Shown here: piece after piece, positions 29,316 to 35,230 of the stretch | Position numbering within the stretch: position 1 is the stretch's first letter | Layout: every line of letters starts with the position of its first letter | Origin: Candidatus Limnocylindrales bacterium | GTDB taxonomy: Bacteria > Moduliflexota > Moduliflexia > Moduliflexales > JAUQPW01 | Reading direction: 5' to 3' | Length of the DNA: 35,230 bases | NCBI GenBank assembly: GCA_035559535.1 | Contig: DATMBG010000048.1 | Span: forward strand, 1 to 35,230 | Program-made: the position numbers and the translations under genes | The notes under the pieces: model-generated | Databases searched by the model: none | Seen by the model: the letters and a program-made list of their open reading frames with translations, nothing else | Told to the model about the DNA's origin: nothing

Positions 29316-29954
29316 ATGGATTGGATTTTTACAACCATTATAACGGGAATCATCACCTTTGCTGCTACCAATGTAGATGATATTTTCCTCCTTGTATTGT
29401 TTTTCTCCCAGGCGGATCCAACTTTCCGCCGGAGGTATGTAGTTATCGGTCAGTATCTTGGCTTTACGGCACTTATTGCGGTCAGCCTTATCGGTTTTTT
29501 AGCCAGTCTTATTTTACCACGAACCTGGATAGGCCTGATGGGTGTAATTCCTATTCTGATGGGAGTAGATAAACTTGTCCATCGCAAAAAAAATATTCAA
29601 CAGGTAAAGCTAAAACACTCTGAAAGTCAGCCATGGAGGTCTTCTGTATTTGCTGGTCTTCTTCATCATCAGGCCTACAACGTCGCAACTATAAAATTTG
29701 CAAACGGGAGTGATAACATCAGTATCTATACATTACTCTTTGCGAGTAGCAACCTGGCCCACTTGGGCGTCCTGTTGGTTGTATTTTTTGTACTTGTAGG
29801 AGTTTATTGTTACCTTACCAGCCACCTGGCTCGACAGTTCCTCGTAGCTCAGATTTTAACCCGGTACAGCCGTATACTTCTTCCCTACGTTATGATAGGC
29901 TTAGGTGTTCGTACGTTACTTGAGAATGGAACGTTAACATGGTTTATTCCATAG
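29316..29954 (+). CDS. cadD: Cadmium resistance transporter, CadD family
   Basis: FAATNVDDIFLL, IGQYLGF and ANGSDNI motifs. Confidence 0.9.
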   Translation: MDWIFTTIITGIITFAATNVDDIFLLVLFFSQADPTFRRRYVVIGQYLGFTALIAVSLIGFLASLILPRTWIGLMGVIPILMGVDKLVHRKKNIQQVKLKHSESQPWRSSVFAGLLHHQAYNVATIKFANGSDNISIYTLLFASSNLAHLGVLLVVFFVLVGVYCYLTSHLARQFLVAQILTRYSRILLPYVMIGLGVRTLLENGTLTWFIP

Positions 29955-30091
29955 GAAACCCGCTAGGGACTTTGCCAAAAACCGAAAAGTTTACTATCAA
30001 TAAAAATTTCCAAGGTGAAAAGTGAATTGTTGACATTCCGGTCAAAACGAGAATGACAATCGGAGCTAAAGATTTCTGAGGAGGAAATACA

Positions 30092-30430
30092 ATGTTCACT
30101 GAACATCAGAACCATGCAATCCAAGAATCAGGAGTGTTTACCAGATACTGTAAAGAGTGTAATGAGCTATTTCATATAAGAATTCGTCCAGAGCGCCTCC
30201 GAGAGCTGACCAACCTGGCCAGTGATCTTGGGGCTCGGGATATATGGATCCTCCGGGGGGCTACCCTGGCAAAGTTAATTTATTCCTTTGATCCGGATTC
30301 AAAATCTGAAACCGTTTTGACCTCTGAGGATTTTAACGGAATGATAAACCTAAAAGCACCCCATGAACTCATTGTAATTATTGGATTTCCTGTGAGTGAT
30401 GGCTGGGAGGTAGGAATTGAGAAGAGATAA
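30092..30430 (+). CDS. Hypothetical protein with an N-terminal CxxC
   Basis: RBS GAGGAGG and motif YCKECNE. Confidence 0.7.
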   Translation: MFTEHQNHAIQESGVFTRYCKECNELFHIRIRPERLRELTNLASDLGARDIWILRGATLAKLIYSFDPDSKSETVLTSEDFNGMINLKAPHELIVIIGFPVSDGWEVGIEKR

Positions 30431-30690
30431 GTCTTGAGGGAATCCCTCGAAGATTTGCCGAAGGATTTACTAAAGCCCGGTTAGGAGATAAACTTATCCC
30501 ATGGGTTAACTTTTACCCTGATAAAAGGAGGGTGAGGTGTGAGAAGGGATACATGGGAAGTTAGCCCGAAGAGCCACTTATTCCCCTCTCCCACGCTGTA
30601 GAAGAGGGACCAGGGGTGATGGCAGAGAGTTACCCTTAATTTTACAAAGTACTCCTCTCCCTTTAATCTGCCTTATAGATTATCGGCGGA

Positions 30691-31137
30691 TTACCCTTCT
30701 ATGTTAATCTTTATGGTTTGAGATTTAGCCTCCGGTACTTTGGGCAGGGTAATATGTAAAATGCCTTTCTTGTAACTGGCCGTAACTTTATCTGTTTGAA
30801 CCTGGACCGGAATTCGTACAGATCGACTGAAAGGTCCGTAGGTCCGTTCGACCTGATGGTAGTTTTCGTTAGGATCTTCCTTTTCCTGCTTCTTTTCTCC
30901 TTTAATCGTTAAGGTGTCTCCGGTTATAGAGACCGAAACGTCGTTGGCGTCTACTCCTGGAATTTCAGCCCTTACAATAATAGAATCCGGGGTCTCCGAA
31001 AGATCAATAGGTGGATTTACTGCACCACCCCTGAAAAATTCCTCCGGTCTTTCCTTGAAGACCCGGTCAAATACCCTGTTAATCTCTTCCCTTAAACTAG
31101 CTAAATCTTTAAAGGGTCTCCAGCTCTCCAAATCCAT
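30691..31137 (-). CDS. Hsp20/alpha-crystallin small heat-shock protein
   Basis: AEIPGV, LTIKGEK, ERTYGPFSR and GILHITLPK. Start re-placed at ATG 31137 behind RBS AGGAGGT. Confidence 0.95.
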   Translation of the reverse strand: MDLESWRPFKDLASLREEINRVFDRVFKERPEEFFRGGAVNPPIDLSETPDSIIVRAEIPGVDANDVSVSITGDTLTIKGEKKQEKEDPNENYHQVERTYGPFSRSVRIPVQVQTDKVTASYKKGILHITLPKVPEAKSQTIKINIEG

Positions 31138-31159
31138 AATAATACCTCCTGAGTAGAAA

Positions 31160-31281
31160 AGTATGGAGGTAGGGGAGTATGGGAGTGTGGAGGTAAATTC
31201 TCCCATACTTCCATACTCCCCTATCTCCACACCCCCCTACCCCTATACCTCCACACTCCCATACTCCCCTACCTCCATACT
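31160..31281. repeat. Octamer tandem repeats forming a perfect 36-bp inverted repeat
   Basis: 31160-31195 is the exact reverse complement of 31246-31281. Unit is approximately CCATACTC. Confidence 0.85.
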
Positions 31282-31370
31282 CCCAAACTTTTCTTGGTCC
31301 TTGATGGATAAACCCCATCGATCTTTATAAGGGTTGTGTGGAATGGTAGTCGGGGAGGATGGGGTATTTC

Positions 31371-32231
31371 TTATTTCAAAGCAGCCTGAAACCTCTGATT
31401 TCTTAATTGAACCTGTGAAGCGTCTACTTTCATGGAAGGCATTTTCTTTGTGATATTTTTTACTCTATCTACCGTAGCCGGATGGGTTTTCAGGATCCCT
31501 CCACCCGATGCAGCCCCCTGACTTACGAGACGATTCAAGAAATCTTTAAGAGCAGAGGGATTATATCCTGCCTTGGAAAGATAAGACATGGCGGCTTCAT
31601 CGGCCTGATACTCTTGAGATTGACCGTAACCGTTGACTACAAGGGTTTTAAATACATCATCGATGGCTCCCTCAAAGAGCCCCACAAGTTGCGATAAAAC
31701 CTGGGGTGAATAATTCTTGGCGGTATTGGTACCTACCAGGGTAACCACCTGGGTCCAGCGGGATTTGCTGATGGCATTCACACCGTCTCGATGACTCACA
31801 TGGGCTATTTCATGGGCAAGAACTGCAGCCAGCTCATCCTCACTCCGCACAGCCTGAACCATACCTTTGGTTATAAGAATAGTCCCCCCGGGACAGGCAA
31901 AGGCATTGATCTCGTCGGAGTTGAGTAGGGCAAAGTGGTAGCCCCCATAAGTAAACGGCCTGTCCGAGTTCATAACCAAAAGCTGACCGATAGAATTCAC
32001 ATATTCTGTAAGCTTTTTATTATCTAAAAGAGGATAAATAGAAAGAAGCCGGGCTGCTACAGCCCGACCCACATAATACTCCTCTTCTTCTGACATGGGT
32101 CTGACCGCTTTTACAGCCCCTCTCCCTAAATCTACTTTATCTTTTAACTTGAATAAATCCAGGGCATAAGCCATCTGGTAAGGTATAAAAATGGAAAGGC
32201 TCAATAAGCCTACATATAAAAGTCTGTGCAT
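31371..32231 (-). CDS. M48-family zinc metallopeptidase, exported
   Basis: INAFACPGG, ELAAVLAHEIAH, EYQAD and THP. ATG 32231 preferred as start. Confidence 0.9.
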   Translation of the reverse strand: MHRLLYVGLLSLSIFIPYQMAYALDLFKLKDKVDLGRGAVKAVRPMSEEEEYYVGRAVAARLLSIYPLLDNKKLTEYVNSIGQLLVMNSDRPFTYGGYHFALLNSDEINAFACPGGTILITKGMVQAVRSEDELAAVLAHEIAHVSHRDGVNAISKSRWTQVVTLVGTNTAKNYSPQVLSQLVGLFEGAIDDVFKTLVVNGYGQSQEYQADEAAMSYLSKAGYNPSALKDFLNRLVSQGAASGGGILKTHPATVDRVKNITKKMPSMKVDASQVQLRNQRFQAALK

Positions 32232-32235
32232 AACT

Positions 32236-32703
32236 CTACCTGGGTAGATTGAGTTTTCCGCCTGCAGCAAATTCCTGAATCTTATCTTCAGGAACTTTAT
32301 AGCCTTCTATGCTATCAACGGCTTGATAGTTCATTCCCGGATTTTTCTTTTTATAAGCCTCCTCAACTTGAGGGTTGAAACCTTTCCCTGCCAGGGCCAC
32401 CTCATCGCCGGTTACAGATTGCTTTTGTGGACCCAGGAGTTTATCCGTCAGCGAAACCGATTTTTTCTCGATCGCACTTTTATGGATACATCCCTGGATA
32501 TTGTTAAACCTGACCTGGAACCAATCCCCTTCTTGCGAGAGAATCTCCAGCACATTACCGGCACGGACAGCCGCTTTGACCGGTGCGAAAAACTTACAAG
32601 ACTCGCGAATAGCATTTTCCTTTACAATAACCGTGGCCGTGTCTGCATAGGCAAAAACCGGCATAAAGACAACTCCCAATAAACCTATGAAGAATCGTTT
32701 CAT
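32236..32703 (-). CDS. Exported SH3-domain protein
   Basis: Signal peptide, GDWFQV..GCIH, and C-terminal EVALAGKGF..VE..Y. Confidence 0.8.
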   Translation of the reverse strand: MKRFFIGLLGVVFMPVFAYADTATVIVKENAIRESCKFFAPVKAAVRAGNVLEILSQEGDWFQVRFNNIQGCIHKSAIEKKSVSLTDKLLGPQKQSVTGDEVALAGKGFNPQVEEAYKKKNPGMNYQAVDSIEGYKVPEDKIQEFAAGGKLNLPR

Positions 32704-32777
32704 CTTTCCAGCTTATAATTTAAGTACCTTAATTCCTTCTTCCTTACTCCCTCAGAGTTTATCCCTTTGCCACTCCT

Positions 32778-34904
32778 TTACTTTTCTGTCATCTTAATGA
32801 TATTCCAGTCTTCTGTCAAGGGTAACTTTGCATTTACATATTTCTCACACTGCTTTTTGTAGTATTCTGCAGGCACGTCCTCAGGATATTTCCTCAGGAT
32901 ATGGTTGAATACCTCCCAGGCTTCATACCATTTTTGGTCCTTATAAAAGGTAAGGCCCCGATGAAAATCCAGAACCTTTTGTCTTTGATCAGGTGAAATA
33001 TTTTCTTCTTTACCGATGAGTTCAAATACTTTAACCGGAACCGTTTTCCCCTTTACTTCGATCAGGCCGAGTTCCCTGACGAAAAAGAGACCTTCGGTTT
33101 TTTTATAAGTATCTTCGCTTATCAGAATTTTGGTCCCGAAGAACTTATTGGCCGATTCAAGCCTTGATGCCAGATTGACCGTATCTCCGATAACGGTATA
33201 GTTAAAAAGTCGATCACTCCCGATATTACCGGCCGTAGCATCTCCAGAATGTAAACCGATCCGAAAACTAATTTCAGGGAGACCTTCTGCCCGGAAGGAT
33301 GGATTGATCTCATCCAGAATTTCCAGACACTCAATGGCCGCTGTACAGGCGTTTATTTCATCCCGATGGGTGGTAACCGGAGCGCCCCAGAAAGCCATGA
33401 CACAATCCCCCATATACTTGTCGATCACCCCATGATTCTCAATAATAACCTCTGTAAGAGCATTTAAAACCTTATGGAGTTGTACAGCCAGTTTATCTGA
33501 TGGCATGATTTCGGAGATGGTTGTAAAACCTGCAATATCTGCGAAAAACACGGTCACACGCCTGAGCTGACCTCCTGGTCTTATCAAATCGGGATTGTTT
33601 AAAAGATAGTCGGCTACCGTCCGATCCATATATTGCAAGAAAGTTTTCCTGTAGAAAAACCGCTGTTTTCCTTCGGTTGCATAACTATAAGCGGTAACAA
33701 GGATAAAACTAATCCCTAAAGACGTGAGGATCGGCATTACTTCCATATAAATAGTCACCTTAAATAAGACTGCCAATCCAAGAAGTATAAGGAATAAGGA
33801 TACGAAGAAGACAGATAAGTTAACCGATAGAGCATAGGTTCTTAAAACAGCCGAACTGATAAAGAGACAAACCAGGAACATCGCAGCCACCACAAAAAGA
33901 GGATTTACAGGCTTTATAAAATTTCTCCGAAGGATATTATCCAGGGTCGTTGCATGGATGTGGATACCGGTAGATACCGAGGAAGTGGCCGTCGGTTTTA
34001 AATCATAGAGACCTACCGCCGTGGATCCTATTAAGACGATTTTATCCTTAAAGTATCCTTTTTCCATGGCGGGCGGTTTAGAAGCCTGGTAGTCCAGGTA
34101 CCACTGAAGGACCTGGATGGCCGAAAACGTCTCGAAAGGATCTTTATCTCGATAGAATCTAAGGATTAACTTTTCATTCTGGATTGGTAAAGATTCATCC
34201 TGAACAGAAAGTATAGGGGATTGTATCGGAGCCTGTTGCCGAATTTGAATCTTACCTTTTTCAATCAAATAACCCAATACAAAATGAGGAATAAGGTATT
34301 GGTTAAGTTGGAAGAGCAGTGGCACCCTCCGGTAAACCCCATCTTCATCCGGTTTAATCATGACATTACCGGCTCCATGAACCGCAGTTTTTAGGTCATC
34401 GATAGGCGTAATAACCGAATGGTAGGATAAAGCTGTAAAAACTTTATCTGGAATTGCTATCCGCAGGATAAAGGCTTCCTCCTCTGCAGTCAAAGGTCTT
34501 TCTTGTTGGGAAAGAAAAATGGGCAGGTAGACATTCCCGGCCTTCTTAATTGCCTCTGCAAAAAGGATATCGTCTTCCTGCCCGTAAGAAGAGGGTTCCG
34601 TAAAAAACATGTCCAGAAAAATTGCATCGGCTTCTGACAGGTATTCCACGATGGGAGCATACATCTGTCTCGGCCACGGCCAGGTAATGCCCTGTTTACT
34701 CAGGGCATCTATACTCGGCTGATCAATCTGGACAAGGACAATAGGTGCTGAAGATTTTATCGGATTCAGATACCTTGAGAATTGGTCAAAAGCCTTCAAC
34801 TCAAAGGAGCTTAAAACATGGGATAAGTAAAGAATCAGGGCTATGACAAAAGACGAAACCGCAAGAAGCATAGTTTTTAGAATGGGATGACGGTTTGCAG
34901 GCAT
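32778..34904 (-). CDS. CHASE2-domain class III adenylate cyclase
   Basis: WPWPR and DEDGVYRR (CHASE2), 3 TM helices, FADIAGFT, DKYMGD and YTVIGDTVNLASRLE. The Lys/Thr pair indicates ATP specificity. Confidence 0.93.
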   Translation of the reverse strand: MPANRHPILKTMLLAVSSFVIALILYLSHVLSSFELKAFDQFSRYLNPIKSSAPIVLVQIDQPSIDALSKQGITWPWPRQMYAPIVEYLSEADAIFLDMFFTEPSSYGQEDDILFAEAIKKAGNVYLPIFLSQQERPLTAEEEAFILRIAIPDKVFTALSYHSVITPIDDLKTAVHGAGNVMIKPDEDGVYRRVPLLFQLNQYLIPHFVLGYLIEKGKIQIRQQAPIQSPILSVQDESLPIQNEKLILRFYRDKDPFETFSAIQVLQWYLDYQASKPPAMEKGYFKDKIVLIGSTAVGLYDLKPTATSSVSTGIHIHATTLDNILRRNFIKPVNPLFVVAAMFLVCLFISSAVLRTYALSVNLSVFFVSLFLILLGLAVLFKVTIYMEVMPILTSLGISFILVTAYSYATEGKQRFFYRKTFLQYMDRTVADYLLNNPDLIRPGGQLRRVTVFFADIAGFTTISEIMPSDKLAVQLHKVLNALTEVIIENHGVIDKYMGDCVMAFWGAPVTTHRDEINACTAAIECLEILDEINPSFRAEGLPEISFRIGLHSGDATAGNIGSDRLFNYTVIGDTVNLASRLESANKFFGTKILISEDTYKKTEGLFFVRELGLIEVKGKTVPVKVFELIGKEENISPDQRQKVLDFHRGLTFYKDQKWYEAWEVFNHILRKYPEDVPAEYYKKQCEKYVNAKLPLTEDWNIIKMTEK

Positions 34905-34979
34905 TTCCTGACCTCTTTTCTAAATAGACCTTCTTCAATTAACAAAGTTGAACGATCATCCCCGACCCTTTTAAAGAAT

Positions 34980-35010
34980 AAAAAAGGCCAGAGGCCAAGC
35001 CCCTGACCTT
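34980..35010 (-). terminator. Intrinsic terminator
   Basis: Minus strand reads GGTCAGGGGC-TTG-GCCTCTGGCC-TTTTTT. Confidence 0.7.
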
Positions 35011-35031
35011 CTTACTTGGGGAGGCAGACGG

Positions 35032-35230
35032 CTACTTACTCGCCGGCAGATGATAGCCTTCCTTACCTAACTTGATCCGATACAAACTCTTGCCCGCCGT
35101 AATGTACAACGTCTTGCTCTCTTCCCCACGACCAAATCCCACATTGGTCGGAATCTCCGTCGGAATATACCCTAACTCCTTCCCCTCAGGGGAATACACA
35201 TAGATCCCAGGCCGCTTCTCACTCCGCACC
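35032..35230 (-). CDS. SMP-30/gluconolactonase family protein, C-terminal part
   Basis: GIYVYSPEGKELGYI..PTNVGFG..KTLYITAGKSLYRI. Confidence 0.85.
   Translation of the reverse strand, partial: VRSEKRPGIYVYSPEGKELGYIPTEIPTNVGFGRGEESKTLYITAGKSLYRIKLGKEGYHLPASK

Noticed and set aside
31160-31281. CRISPR array
   Set aside because: Contiguous short repeats with no unique spacers and no cas genes.
31109-31318. Gly-rich 69-aa ORF and the 31-aa N-terminal extension of Hsp20
   Set aside because: Both are translations of the octamer repeat. The true RBS precedes ATG 31137.
3378-33334. Many antisense or alternative-frame ORFs in the track (e.g. 4806-5180, 5738-6175, 12755-13156, 17947-18387)
   Set aside because: They are shadows of well-supported genes and carry no recognisable motifs.

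Overview
Bacterial chromosomal window, mostly housekeeping and metabolic genes; the taxon cannot be determined from sequence alone. Left to right: the 5' end of amtB with a sigma-54 promoter and tandem NtrC-like boxes; a compact minus-strand cluster (73-aa ORF, multi-TM protein, ubiquitin-like protein ending in Gly, E2-like protein, ThiF/E1 enzyme) with a perfect inverted repeat over a candidate promoter; an SH3b membrane protein; a holin-like protein; an enolase-superfamily dehydratase; a coiled-coil repeat protein; cobT; a TPR/exported-membrane protein pair; sodC; a plus-strand run (hypothetical, lepA, possible 24-aa membrane peptide, rqcH, ubiX, fni, ribBA, yqeC, beta-propeller, fused [2Fe-2S]-molybdopterin hydroxylase); a Zn-ADH; a PmtA-like methyltransferase; czcD-like and cadD-like metal transporters around an atypical receiver-wHTH-GAF regulator; hsp20; an M48 peptidase/SH3/CHASE2 adenylate cyclase trio; and a partial gluconolactonase. 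Two MITE-like elements and several tandem-repeat hairpins lie in intergenic DNA. The best candidate for an undescribed system is the minimal Ubl-E2-E1 operon, which has no JAB peptidase, a Cys-type E2 and an E1 lacking a crossover-loop Cys. All protein calls come from motif recognition by eye; no searches were run.
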